This document shows, piece by piece, positions 1-9,652 of a stretch of 64,000 nucleotides of DNA (positions are counted from its first letter, which is position 1; every line of letters begins with the position of its first letter). The translations under genes and the position numbers were made by a program. Where the stretch lies: NCBI GenBank assembly GCA_963803435.1, contig CAWDML010000008.1:544001-608000 (forward strand), read 5' to 3'. Source of the stretch: an uncultured delta proteobacterium. GTDB taxonomy: Bacteria > Myxococcota > Kuafuiibacteriia > Kuafuiibacteriales > Kuafuiibacteriaceae. Below the pieces are notes generated by a model, which had not been told where the DNA came from, did not search any database, and saw nothing but the letters and a program-made list of their open reading frames with translations.

Positions 1-210
1 CGAGGGCAGCATGTGAGGCAGGTCGGTCGTGTGATCGGCGACGGCGTCGATGTCGAAAAACTGCGCCCCCGGGAGGTGCTCGGCCTCGAACTCGGCCCGC
101 GCGTTCCGCCCCGACGAAGGCAGGTACCACGATCCGTCCAGCACTCGAAGATCGGGGTCCGAGATGTGGGCGCTCAACCATTCGGTGTCGACGAGCGCGT
201 TCCAGCCCAT
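1..210 (-). CDS. sseA: 3-mercaptopyruvate sulfurtransferase / rhodanese, N-terminal part (runs off the window start)
   Basis: Manual translation from ATG at 210: MGWNALVDTEWLSAHISDPDLRVLDGSWYLPSSGRNARAEFEAEHLPGAQFFDIDAVADHTTDLPHMLPS, the typical SseA N-terminus (LV..EWL, HLPGA.FFDID, LPHMLPS). Not in the ORF track because it is truncated. Confidence 0.9.
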   Translation of the reverse strand, partial: MGWNALVDTEWLSAHISDPDLRVLDGSWYLPSSGRNARAEFEAEHLPGAQFFDIDAVADHTTDLPHMLPS

Positions 211-275
211 CGCCGTGGCGTAGCGCGCCCTCCGGTCCTGATCAACCGGGTTGCCGATCGAAGTTTGTGGGTAGA

Positions 276-1628
276 ATGGCCCCGATGGGCGGTCGGTGGC
301 TGGGCGTGTCCGCGGTCGGTCTCCTGGCCGCATCGTGCGGTGACCGGATCGTCACGCTCGATCTCCCTCCGTTGGACGGTGCGCGCTCGGCGGTGTTTGC
401 GTTTCATGGCCCGGATCGCTTCGAGGCGCGCGCGGTCGATCTCGAGGCGGGGGAAGTGGCGGTCGTGTTCCCCGGCGACCTCAGCTACGGCGCCGAGGGC
501 AGCGTCGAGGCGCTCGGCTTCTCGTCGACGCTCGGCGAGCTCGGCCTCCAAGCGGGACGGATCGACAGCGTCACGGACGGTGCGCCGCTCAAGAAGGAGG
601 ACACCGTCTTCGTGGCGACCTTCCGCGGGAGCGCGACCGATGAATGGGTCGCGGTGTCTGCACGAAGCCCCGAGGTCGACGCGCTCCGCATCCCGGTGAG
701 CGTCGAGTGCGCGCAGTTCGAGGACGTCTCCTCCTTCATCCTCGACACCTCGGCCGATCTCAGCTTCGCGCTCGCGCTCGGTCCCGAGCGAGTATTGCTC
801 GGCTACGAGGACGAGAGCGCCTTCGTCGTGGATCCCTCCGGCGCCGCCCGCGTCACCGACCGCCCGTCCCGCCTCCCGCTCCGAGACGTGCTCGAGCTCG
901 ACGACGGCTCGCTGCTGTTCGCCGGCAGCAGCGGGCGTATCTGGAGCGGGCGCATCACCACCAGCACCAGCGGCAGCCCGATCCGGATCGAGGGCGAGCC
1001 GTTCACCGAGATCCCGGGCACCGATACCATCGTCCAGTTCGCCGGCGGCCGCGACAACGGAGCCCTCGAGCTCTTCGCCATCGTGAAGGAGGGCGGCTTC
1101 TACCGCTTCGACGGTACCTCGTGGCGCTTGCTCTACGACCTCGGCATCCGGGTCGGCACGGCCACCTCGGTGGTCCGCGTTCGTCCCGGACTCGCCTACA
1201 CCGGCACCGACGAGAGCTCCGTGCTGGTCCGCTACCTCGACGGCTCCGTCGGGCCCTTCTCTCCACCTGATCTATTCAATGGAATACCGGGCCTCGCCTA
1301 CTTCTCCGGCGTCGGGTTGCTGGCGAGCATCAGCGAGGGCGGAATCTTTCGCCTCTCCGACGATCTCCATTGGGAGCTGCTCGAGGGCAGCCCGATCGCG
1401 GTCAACGTCTATTCGTTCTACCAGCTCCCCGACAGCTTTCTCTTCGGGAGCGCGTTCGGCTTCCTCTCCGAGTACCGGTTCGGTGTCGGCTACTGCCCGC
1501 CGGTCCAGCTGAGCGCCGGTGCGCTCCGCAGCATGACACCGTTCGGCGAAGACGGCTTCGTGTTCGGTGAGGACCGCCCGATGAGCCGAGACTTCGATCA
1601 GGTGACGATCGTGCGCCGTCTTCGGTAG
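276..1628 (+). CDS. Putative lipoprotein with a C-terminal beta-propeller
   Basis: Signal peptide with lipobox LLAAS-C; repeated beta-rich blades (GGFYRFDGTSW, GGIFRLSDDLHW). Start could be 276 or 285. Confidence 0.7.
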   Translation: MAPMGGRWLGVSAVGLLAASCGDRIVTLDLPPLDGARSAVFAFHGPDRFEARAVDLEAGEVAVVFPGDLSYGAEGSVEALGFSSTLGELGLQAGRIDSVTDGAPLKKEDTVFVATFRGSATDEWVAVSARSPEVDALRIPVSVECAQFEDVSSFILDTSADLSFALALGPERVLLGYEDESAFVVDPSGAARVTDRPSRLPLRDVLELDDGSLLFAGSSGRIWSGRITTSTSGSPIRIEGEPFTEIPGTDTIVQFAGGRDNGALELFAIVKEGGFYRFDGTSWRLLYDLGIRVGTATSVVRVRPGLAYTGTDESSVLVRYLDGSVGPFSPPDLFNGIPGLAYFSGVGLLASISEGGIFRLSDDLHWELLEGSPIAVNVYSFYQLPDSFLFGSAFGFLSEYRFGVGYCPPVQLSAGALRSMTPFGEDGFVFGEDRPMSRDFDQVTIVRRLR

Positions 1629-1631
1629 ACC

Positions 1632-3068
1632 TCAAAACTGGAAGTAGATGAAGGCGCGATGGGCCAGGGCGTCCTCGGCGCCCGCGTAGACGGCGGCGCC
1701 CAGGGCGATGGCGAAGCCGGCTTGGACCAGCGCCGGCAACCGCAAGAAGGCGGAGGCGCTCCGTTCGACACGGGGTTCGACGACGACATGGACCACGGCC
1801 GCGACGACCAACGCCGGCAGCACACCGGGCGCGAGGGTCTCGAGTGGCTGGCGCACGTGGCTGGCGAGCGTCGTCAAGTATTCGACCGCGGCGGGCAACG
1901 ATTGGGCGCGGAAGAACACCCAAGCCAGGGTCACGACGTGGAAGGTGAACAGCGTGCGCAGCACCCGATACCCGGGCGGTGGGTGGCGCGCCGCCAGCGC
2001 CGCCAGCGCGCCCAGTCGCGAAGAGCCGAGCATGCGCTCGGACACGAAGATGACGCCATGGATCGAGCCCCAGACGATGAACGTGTAGTTGGCGCCGTGC
2101 CACAGCCCGCTCAGCAGGAACACAGACATGGCCGCGATCAACCACTGCCGGCGCGTGCCCCGATTGCCGCCCAGCGGCAGGTACACGTAGTCGCGAAACC
2201 AGGTGCTGAGGGAGATGTGCCAGCGCCGCCAGAATTGACCGAGCGAGCCCGCCAAGTAAGGCGCGTCGAAGTTCTTGGGAAACTCGAAGCCCAGCAAGCG
2301 GCCCACACCGATGGCGATGTCCGAGTAGGCCGAGAAGTCGCAGAAGATCTGAAACGAATAGCCGTAGGCTGCGAGCAGTAGGAAGCCGGACGACTTGCTG
2401 CTCGGATCCGCGAAGGCCGGATCGACCAGAAGGGCGCCCAGAGGATCGGCGATCAGCAACTTCTTGGCGAAGCCGAACAGGATCAGGAACAGGCCGGTGT
2501 AGTCGTACTTGCGGCTCTTCATCTCGCGCATCTGGGGCAAAAGGTCGGCCGCCCGGACGATGGGCCCCGCAACCAGCTGAGGGAACAGGGTCACGAAGCA
2601 CATGAAGCGGACGAAGCTCTTCTCGGGCTCGATCTGACGGCGATACACGTCGATCGTGTAACTCATGGTCTGAAACGTGTAGAACGAGATGCCCACCGGG
2701 AGGATGATGTCGAGCGTGTGCAAGTGCGTCGCGCGCACGCCCAGGGCCAACATCAGATCGCTCAGGCTACGAATGCCGAAGTTGGCGTACTTGAAGAAAC
2801 CGAGCAGCCCGAGATTCGAGATCATCGAGACGATCAGCCACCTCCTCCGCGTCTTGGTGTCCTCCGAGCGTGCGATGCGCGCGCCGCTCACGAAGTCCAC
2901 GACCGAGGAGAACAGCAGCAGCGGCAACAGCTCGACCTTCCACCAGCCGTAGAACACCAGGCTCGCCACCAGCAGCATGCCGATCTGAAGGCGCGGCTCG
3001 TCGATCAGCCGCTCCAGACCCAGCACGATGAGCAGGAATGGTAGAAACACGATCTCGGTGAAGTTCAC
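1632..3068 (-). CDS. MBOAT family O-acyltransferase (AlgI/DltB-like)
   Basis: Motifs LPVGISFYTFQTMSY, FPQLVAGPIVRA, FQIFCDFSAYSD, FWRRWHISLSTWFRDYVY, GLWHGA and a C-terminal FIYFQF. Confidence 0.95.
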   Translation of the reverse strand: MNFTEIVFLPFLLIVLGLERLIDEPRLQIGMLLVASLVFYGWWKVELLPLLLFSSVVDFVSGARIARSEDTKTRRRWLIVSMISNLGLLGFFKYANFGIRSLSDLMLALGVRATHLHTLDIILPVGISFYTFQTMSYTIDVYRRQIEPEKSFVRFMCFVTLFPQLVAGPIVRAADLLPQMREMKSRKYDYTGLFLILFGFAKKLLIADPLGALLVDPAFADPSSKSSGFLLLAAYGYSFQIFCDFSAYSDIAIGVGRLLGFEFPKNFDAPYLAGSLGQFWRRWHISLSTWFRDYVYLPLGGNRGTRRQWLIAAMSVFLLSGLWHGANYTFIVWGSIHGVIFVSERMLGSSRLGALAALAARHPPPGYRVLRTLFTFHVVTLAWVFFRAQSLPAAVEYLTTLASHVRQPLETLAPGVLPALVVAAVVHVVVEPRVERSASAFLRLPALVQAGFAIALGAAVYAGAEDALAHRAFIYFQF

Positions 3069-4045
3069 GGCGTCGATGCCCCAGCGGATGGAATCCCGTC
3101 GAAGACCGAGCTCGCCATCAGCCGCTCAGTGAAGATCGCCGTGCCCTTGCCGTTCCAGTGGCCGGCGTCGCGCCAAAGCTCCGGCTCGAACAGCCCGTCC
3201 AGATCGAGAAGCACCGGCTCACCCAGCTCGCGAAGCAGCGCCAGGAACCGCGGCCCGGGCAGCGGCGCGTTCCGCTCGGGAATGAACAGGAAGTACAGCC
3301 TGACGCCCTTCTCCCGACAGAGTGCGGAAATCTTCCGCAGGTATTCGTCCCGAAACAGCGTGCTCGAGTCATCGAACGCTCCGTAGTGAGCCGGCACGTC
3401 CTTGATCGATGCGTAGAACTCCGCCTGGGCCTCGGCCGTCACGCTGGGCGCGTGGTGGCCGAAGGCCGCGTCCTGGTTCCGAAGGTCCTGGTCCCGAATC
3501 GATCCGTGCCAAAGACGCCGATACCAAAGATAGAAGCCTCGCACCGTCTCGCATGCGTAATAGTCGATCACGTCGGCCAGTACCATCTTGAAGGGTCGCT
3601 GAAAACCGAGGACCTGCCGCCAGTCGAGCTCTCGCAATTTTTGAGTGGGGAGATCCAGCGGACCGCCCAAGTACGCCGAATAGGGATGAACGTCGTACTC
3701 TTCTTCGTGGGCGACCTCCAGGACCAGGCGTTCGAGCTTTTGTTGCTCGAGCAGATCTCGAACCACGATCCAGCGCGCCTGACGACCGAACCAGTTGGCG
3801 CCCAGGTTGTAGGCTCGCGCTCGAGGCATTCGCGCGTTGATCGTGTCGGTCTCCACCGCCGTCCAGGTGCGCGACGTTCCGACGAAGGCGATACGCATGT
3901 CGGTGTGCGGATCGAAGATCTTCTGGCCGATCCAGTTGTACGGATAGGCCTTCATCTCGTACTTGAGAGAAGGATCGACGGCGAATGCCACGATCGACAG
4001 CGCCGACAGAAGCGCGAGGGCGAGCAAGAAGCGAGCGAGCTTCAT
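3065..4045 (-). CDS. SGNH-like periplasmic acyltransferase partner of the MBOAT (AlgJ/DltD-like role)
   Basis: N-terminal signal/anchor, FVGTSRT (G-x-S block) and C-terminal WRDAGHWN (D-x-x-H); ATGA overlap with the MBOAT gene. Confidence 0.65.
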   Translation of the reverse strand: MKLARFLLALALLSALSIVAFAVDPSLKYEMKAYPYNWIGQKIFDPHTDMRIAFVGTSRTWTAVETDTINARMPRARAYNLGANWFGRQARWIVVRDLLEQQKLERLVLEVAHEEEYDVHPYSAYLGGPLDLPTQKLRELDWRQVLGFQRPFKMVLADVIDYYACETVRGFYLWYRRLWHGSIRDQDLRNQDAAFGHHAPSVTAEAQAEFYASIKDVPAHYGAFDDSSTLFRDEYLRKISALCREKGVRLYFLFIPERNAPLPGPRFLALLRELGEPVLLDLDGLFEPELWRDAGHWNGKGTAIFTERLMASSVFDGIPSAGASTP

Positions 4046-4062
4046 GTCCGGTCCCGACGCCT

Positions 4063-5703
4063 CTAAGGCGCGAAGATGACGAGCGCGCCGTTGTAGCGTG
4101 AGCCTGGGAGCGCCCCCTGCTGCACCCAGTTACCGGCAGGTGCCACGGTGAGAACCTCGTCGTGGGCCTGCGTCGGGAACGAGAGGAAGCGCGTGCCGCC
4201 TCCGGCGAGCCAGATCGCGCCGCCCCACGAGACGGCCGAGGCGCTGCCCGTGTTGCTCGGCAGATCGTCGGCGTCGGTGAACGACTGCCCGTCGGTGGTC
4301 TGCCAGACGGTCGTCACGCCGTCGTTCGCGTTCTGGCTGCCGCCGAAGAACCAGATCCGCCGCTCGTGCTCCGCGATCCCCAGGTAGATCCGTGGCTCCG
4401 GGAGCTGTCCGCGGGGGGTCCAGGTGGTTCCGTCGAAGCTCGACCAGAGCTCGTCGTGCACGTCGGGCGAAGAGCCGCCCGCGTACCAGATCTGGCCGTC
4501 ATGGACGATCGCGGCGCCGTACGCGCGCACTTCGGGGAGTCGACCGACCAGCGTCCAAACCATCCCGTCCGGGCTCATCCACACCTCGTCGTGGTACACG
4601 TCTGCGCCGTCGCGCCCTCCGATCAGGAAGAGGCGTTGCTGGAAGACGACCAGCTGGTTGCCGCGCAGGGACACCGGGAGGTTGCCGGCCGTCGAGAAGT
4701 GCGCGCCGTCCGTGCTCGAGAGGAGGAGCTGCGAGGCGGAGAAGTTTTGATTGCGCCCTCCGGCGATCCAGATCCGGCCGTTGTAGACGACGGCCGCGTG
4801 CAGATAGAGCGGCGTGGGGAGCGAACCGACGGTCTGCCAGCTGACGCCGTCGCTGCTCCTGAAGATCTCGTCCTGGTCGCCGGAGCCGCTCACGCCACCG
4901 AGGTAGATCAGCGCGCCGTGTCCGAAGCTCACGGTGGCGCTGGCGGTCTGCCCGATCGCGTCCTGGACGAGCACCCGGCCCGATCCGGGGACGCCGTCCG
5001 AGAAGAAGTCACCGGTGGCCGGGTCGATCGCTCCCGTACCGCTGGAAACGCTGAACGAGTAGGGCTGCACGCCGCCGGACGCGGTGAACTGGCCGTGGCT
5101 GTTCAGGTTGATCTCCGCGGACATGGGGAGCAGCACCAGCGGCGAGGCCGTCACGAAGACGTCGATGGTGGAGGTGGCCTCACCGCCGCGTCCGTCCCCT
5201 ACGCGGTAGCCGAAGTGGTCGCGTCCTGCGAAGCCGGCGGCCGGCGTGTAGGCGATGCGAGCGCTCGCCGTGATCGAGGCGGATCCGTGCTGCGGTGGAT
5301 CGACGGAGACCAAGGAGAGGGGGTCGCCGTCCGGATCGGAGTCGTTGGCCAGCACCGGGATCTCGATGGCCGTGCCGAAGGCCGTGGTCGCGCTGTCGGC
5401 CAGGGCGATCGGAGGCCGGTTCTCAGACGCGGCATCCTGATCGTCCCCGCCGTCCGTCCGCTCGGCCGAGTCCGTGGTCCCGCCGTCCTTGGGATCCAGC
5501 ATTCCCGAATCTTCCGCCGGCGACGCGTCGGTGACGTGGGCGTCGCCGCCCGACGGCAAGCCGGCGGCAGGAGGGTCGAAGACGCAACCGGTCGAACCGA
5601 CCACGACGACCACGGCCAGCGGTGCGAAGGGCGACAACGCGATGAGGCTATCGCGCGCGGGGCGTTCCGGGCCACCGCCATACGGCCGATCGAGGCGCGC
5701 CAT
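4063..5703 (-). CDS. Exported protein with an Ig-like (Big_9/cadherin-like) domain and a Kelch-repeat propeller
   Basis: NRPPIALADSATT...VLANDSDPDGDPL Ig-like motif and about six Kelch repeats (GG...W). The ORF-track start at 6225 overlaps a real + strand gene, so the ATG at 5703 is preferred; lipobox-like GSTG-C. Confidence 0.75.
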   Translation of the reverse strand: MARLDRPYGGGPERPARDSLIALSPFAPLAVVVVVGSTGCVFDPPAAGLPSGGDAHVTDASPAEDSGMLDPKDGGTTDSAERTDGGDDQDAASENRPPIALADSATTAFGTAIEIPVLANDSDPDGDPLSLVSVDPPQHGSASITASARIAYTPAAGFAGRDHFGYRVGDGRGGEATSTIDVFVTASPLVLLPMSAEINLNSHGQFTASGGVQPYSFSVSSGTGAIDPATGDFFSDGVPGSGRVLVQDAIGQTASATVSFGHGALIYLGGVSGSGDQDEIFRSSDGVSWQTVGSLPTPLYLHAAVVYNGRIWIAGGRNQNFSASQLLLSSTDGAHFSTAGNLPVSLRGNQLVVFQQRLFLIGGRDGADVYHDEVWMSPDGMVWTLVGRLPEVRAYGAAIVHDGQIWYAGGSSPDVHDELWSSFDGTTWTPRGQLPEPRIYLGIAEHERRIWFFGGSQNANDGVTTVWQTTDGQSFTDADDLPSNTGSASAVSWGGAIWLAGGGTRFLSFPTQAHDEVLTVAPAGNWVQQGALPGSRYNGALVIFAP

Positions 5704-5880
5704 CCCCGGGAGAGCCCGCAACGCCGCGTTCACCTTGCTCCCGGAGTTCTCGAGGCATCGCAGAAGGGAGAATGCGGTTGCGGCGCTGCCCGCACGTCGC
5801 GTCGCGCGCCGCGCGAACATGCCGCGTGTCGCGCCGGCCTGTTCGTTGCGCCCACGCGCGATCTGGGCGATACGGCGCCG

Positions 5881-6846
5881 ATGGGTTGGGACATCAGCTA
5901 TCACCCGATCGATCCGACCTTCGTGCATGCGCGTGTCCTCGCGTACGTCCGCGGCGAGCGGACCATCGACGACCTCGTCGCTTCCGCGGTTCGGCTCGCC
6001 AAGGTGCGCTTTCGCGCGAACGCGTGGGGCCTGGGTTTGGTGGAGCTGTCGCGCACACGGGACGTCCCTGGGTTCAATCCGGACCTCCACGTCTGGGGTC
6101 GTCCGTTCCTGATCACGGACCGCGATCCCGCTGCCATCTCCTCGTCGATCGACGCGTATCTCGAGGTGCCGATCGAGCGGGTCGACGCGCTCGCGGAGAG
6201 AATGATCGCAGCGCTCGATCCCCACCTCGCGGGTCCAGGTATCGTGAAGCCTTCAGCCGAAGGCGACCTCCCCGACGACGACGATCTCATCCTCGGGATC
6301 CGCGGCAATCTCGACCTCTTTCGGGCGGCCCGAGCGACGATCGTCGCCGGAGACCGCGAGGTCGTGGCCCCCGACGGTCGGGTCCACGACGCCCGCGCGC
6401 TGTTTGCCAGCGACTTCCCGCTCACGGCCGTCACCTTCGCGGCCCAGTTCCGCCCCGGGTGGATGGCGCGGGGGTACGGCTGGCCCACGCAGCTGTTCGC
6501 GGAGATCGACGTCGACACCTCGGCGCTGTTCACCATGCCGACGGATCTCTTCGCGCCCCTGCTGGGAGAGATCCCCGAGATCGAAGAGCAGCTCGCCACC
6601 ACCATCCAGCAGAACTACTCGCTCGGAGGCTACGTGGCGCCTTCCGGAGTGCCGACGCTGCTCGAGCTCCTCGATCGCCACTCGCTGGCCATCGACGATT
6701 GGGCCCGCTCGGAGGGGTGGGGCGACGACGGGGCGCAGTCCTACCTGGTGGGGATCCGCGAAGCCGCCCTCGACGCGCAGCGCCGCGGCTTCGGCTTCCT
6801 GGAGGCGACCGAGATCTACAGCGGCCCGCTCGGGATCATGAACTGA
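5881..6846 (+). CDS. Hypothetical protein (about 321 aa)
   Basis: Begins MGWDISYHPIDP at ATG 5881, with strong GC3 codon bias; the upstream part of the 894-aa ORF is antisense shadow. Confidence 0.75.
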   Translation: MGWDISYHPIDPTFVHARVLAYVRGERTIDDLVASAVRLAKVRFRANAWGLGLVELSRTRDVPGFNPDLHVWGRPFLITDRDPAAISSSIDAYLEVPIERVDALAERMIAALDPHLAGPGIVKPSAEGDLPDDDDLILGIRGNLDLFRAARATIVAGDREVVAPDGRVHDARALFASDFPLTAVTFAAQFRPGWMARGYGWPTQLFAEIDVDTSALFTMPTDLFAPLLGEIPEIEEQLATTIQQNYSLGGYVAPSGVPTLLELLDRHSLAIDDWARSEGWGDDGAQSYLVGIREAALDAQRRGFGFLEATEIYSGPLGIMN

Positions 6847-6855
6847 GGCCGGGAG

Positions 6856-7329
6856 ATGGAGCGCCTCGACGGTTCGATCTTCGGCGCCGACCAACCCTGC
6901 TTCGGATGCTCGCCGACGCATCCGATCGGGTTCCATCTGACGTTCGAGCGGGAGGACGAGGGCGTGGTGACGCGCTTTGTCCCCGGCGATCGCTACCAGG
7001 GGCCGCCCGGCGTGATGCACGGCGGACTGGTGATGGCCCTGGCCGACGAGATCGGCGCCTGGTCCGTGATCGCGAAGACCGGGAAGTTCGGCTTCACCGC
7101 CTCGATCGAGGGCAGGCTCAAGCGGCCCGTCCGCACGGGCACCGAGCTGATCGGGCGCGGCCGAGTGTTGCGCGACGGCCGCCGCGTGGTGACCTCCGCC
7201 GTCGCGATCGAGCAGGCCGGCGAGCTCGCGTTCGAGGCCGAGCTCCGCTTCGCGCTGCTCGACGCCGCGGGTGCCGAGCGGCTGCTGGGCGGACCCATCC
7301 CGGAGTCGTGGCTGCGCTTCAGCCGGTGA
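6856..7329 (+). CDS. PaaI-family thioesterase (hotdog fold)
   Basis: CFGC, GPPGVMHGGLVMALADE; GGGAG RBS upstream. Confidence 0.9.
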   Translation: MERLDGSIFGADQPCFGCSPTHPIGFHLTFEREDEGVVTRFVPGDRYQGPPGVMHGGLVMALADEIGAWSVIAKTGKFGFTASIEGRLKRPVRTGTELIGRGRVLRDGRRVVTSAVAIEQAGELAFEAELRFALLDAAGAERLLGGPIPESWLRFSR

Positions 7330-7374
7330 CCTGATCATCGCAGCACGGATTGCAAAGGGCCGTGGCGCGCTGCC

Positions 7375-7650
7375 TCACCTGTGATCGGATGCGACTCCCC
7401 CTTCGTGCACGCGCCACACGCCGGGATCGTCCGGCCCTTCGCCCTGCTCGAAGCGCAGGTGGCCGAGCGACTCCAACCGATCGACGAGGGTCTCCGCCCG
7501 AAGCGCCGAGCACCGATAGTGCGACATCAGCGCGTTTCGAAAGACGGTCTTCCCCGAGAGATAGTCTTCGGGAGGGAGGTCGCGAAAACGCAAGCGCAGC
7601 ACACGCACCAGCTCCGACAGCTTCTCGTCTTCATTGGTAGTGAGCTCCAT
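7375..7650 (-). CDS. Small hypothetical protein (possibly winged-helix-like)
   Basis: MELTTNEDEKL...YLSGKTVFRNALMSHYRCSALRAETLVDRLESLGHLRF...W; coherent composition. Confidence 0.6.
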   Translation of the reverse strand: MELTTNEDEKLSELVRVLRLRFRDLPPEDYLSGKTVFRNALMSHYRCSALRAETLVDRLESLGHLRFEQGEGPDDPGVWRVHEGGVASDHR

Positions 7651-7748
7651 TCGAGGAAGAAGTGCAGCACGCGTGCCCATGTTCGTGGGGGGAGGCGCGA
7701 TTCCGCCGCGGCATGCCGGATGCACGACATCGGGGCGCGGAGGTGCAG

Positions 7749-7967
7749 ATGTTGTCACTCGAAACGAATGACATCGAGTACGGCTATCTCGATGACTCGG
7801 ATGCGCTGTGGGAGCCGACCGTACGGCCGTTGCTGCTGACGTCCGTCGGTTTCAGCCGCGATCTCGCGGTGGATGTCGAGGACGTCGGATCCGACCTCCT
7901 CGATCGGGCGACCGAGACCCCTCCGCACGTTCACCTGATCGGCGCGCTCCGATGGTTCTCGAGCTGA
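7749..7967 (+). CDS. Small acidic hypothetical protein (72 aa)
   Basis: GGAGG RBS shortly before ATG 7749; MLSLETNDIEYGYLDD...ALRWFSS. Confidence 0.5.
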   Translation: MLSLETNDIEYGYLDDSDALWEPTVRPLLLTSVGFSRDLAVDVEDVGSDLLDRATETPPHVHLIGALRWFSS

Positions 7968-7976
7968 GGGCGCCGA

Positions 7977-9505
7977 TCACGCCACGCCGACGTCCGCGGC
8001 ACCGAGCTTGGCGTACAGATCGGCGCCGAGCTCGTCTTTGACCCTCGGAAGATCGCGGAAATGACCCGACAGCTCCTCGCCGGGCTGATCGTGCTCCCAG
8101 TGGAGGACGGTCTCGATGCCGTGGTAGCCGATCCCCGCCGGGTAGTTGTGCTTGGCGAGAAGATGGTCCCAGACGCGGTCGTCGCTCCAGCCGTTGTCGT
8201 AGGCGAGCGAGGCCGCGGTGAAGAGCAGCTTCATCGCGTTCTTGTCGGCCGCGCTCATCCGGCGAACCTCGGGATCCGTCGTCTCGGGGAGGATGGCGCT
8301 GATGAACGCGTGGTGCATCTCGGCGCGGAAGGCCTCGACGCTCGCGTGGCTGTACCAGCTGTTGGCGGCGACCTGCCAGCCGCGGGTCACCGGGTTGCGG
8401 GACACCTTCACCATCGGACCGTCCTGACCGAGATCCACGAAGCCCTTGGGCTGGATCGTGCGCACCTCGTAGGTCGGCTTGACGATCGGGTTGTAGCGCC
8501 CGAACGTGTCGAGCGACTCCACCGCCATGAAGACCTTCGTGCCGTCGAGCTTGTTCACGGGCACGTTCGGCTGCCGCGGCTGGAACTCCTGGGCCACCAG
8601 CTCGTTGGGAATCACGCGCCCGCCGTCCCAGACCTGCTGGCCTCCGTCCGGGAGGCCGTTGTGGTCGAGGTCCCAGAGCATGAGCTGCTCGATGGCGCCC
8701 GGGTTCGTGTAGTTCACGTCCTTGCTGTGCGCCCAGGAGTCGGTCGCGCGCTTGAGAACGTTCGCGATGCTGTCATTGCCCTGGTAGGGCTTGAGCTGCG
8801 ACATCGCGTCCTGAAGCCCGAACATGAGCAACAGGTTCTCGGAGTAGTTCATGTACTTGTGACCGTCGCGTACGGCCCAGTTGAAGAACGTCGACTCGTA
8901 GGTGTTGATCATCTGAACGCGCTTCGGATCGCTGAAGCGGTCGCGGATGAGGAACACGCGATCGGTGGTGGCGCAGGCTCCCAGCGCGAGGATCTTGCTG
9001 CCGGCCAGGTCGGGCGCGTTCGCGAGGCTGTCCTGATGTTGCGACCGAGGTTCGAGTGACCGTCATACTGGATCAGATCGATGTCCGGATCGCTCATCGC
9101 CTGCATCATGTTCCGTCCGTTCATGTGCGCGACGTAGGTTCGGATCTCCTGACACGGCTTGGCGGGATCGTTCTGGTTCACCTTCTTGACGAACATCTCG
9201 TAGCCGGGCTTGTCGGTGTCGACCTTCGCGAAGCCCTGGGCTTTGATCATCTCGATGCCGCCGTTGTAGAAGAGGTCGTCCTCCTCGTTGCCGAACATGA
9301 CCACGAAGTTGAGCGAGCGCTTCTCCGCGGTCGCCCGGCCGTCGGCTCCGTACTTGAGCTGGAAGATCGTGTCGTAGTCGGGCGTCTCGGGCGCCACCAG
9401 CGCGACCAGCTCCTTGTCGATCGGGTCCGCCGGAACGTTCAGGCCGGCGTCGAAGATCGAGCCGGTGCCTGGGAGGGTGGTCTTGAGCGCGAGGTCAGCA
9501 GTCAT
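7977..9505 (-). CDS. Hypothetical protein (about 509 aa) with a caspase/CHAT-like His-Cys motif pair; split by a 1-bp frameshift near 9034
   Basis: ORFs 8909..9505 and 7977..8957 join if one base is restored in ATC-AG-GAC, giving ...IQYDGHSNLGRNIxDSLANAPDLAGSKILALGACATTDRVF... Confidence 0.7.
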
Positions 9506-9580
9506 GGTTTTTCCCCGATCCCACCCGAACGATGAGATCTCGTCCCGCTGTATCGGGGGTGATTTGAATACCGTTATGTA

Positions 9581-9610
9581 CGTTTTCCTACCCTCGTTTT
9601 CCTACCCTCG
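9581..9610. repeat. Perfect tandem repeat, 2 x 14 bp (CGTTTTCCTACCCT), in a divergent intergenic region
   Basis: Copies at 9581-9594 and 9595-9608, followed by CG. Confidence 0.85.
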
Positions 9611-9652
9611 GATCGGTCGTCCGAAGTCCATACGATCCGGTACGCTCCGTCG

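Noticed and set aside
1632-4045. MBOAT/SGNH pair as a novel system
   Set aside because: A common O-acylation module (AlgI/AlgJ-like); nothing unusual beyond its unknown substrate.
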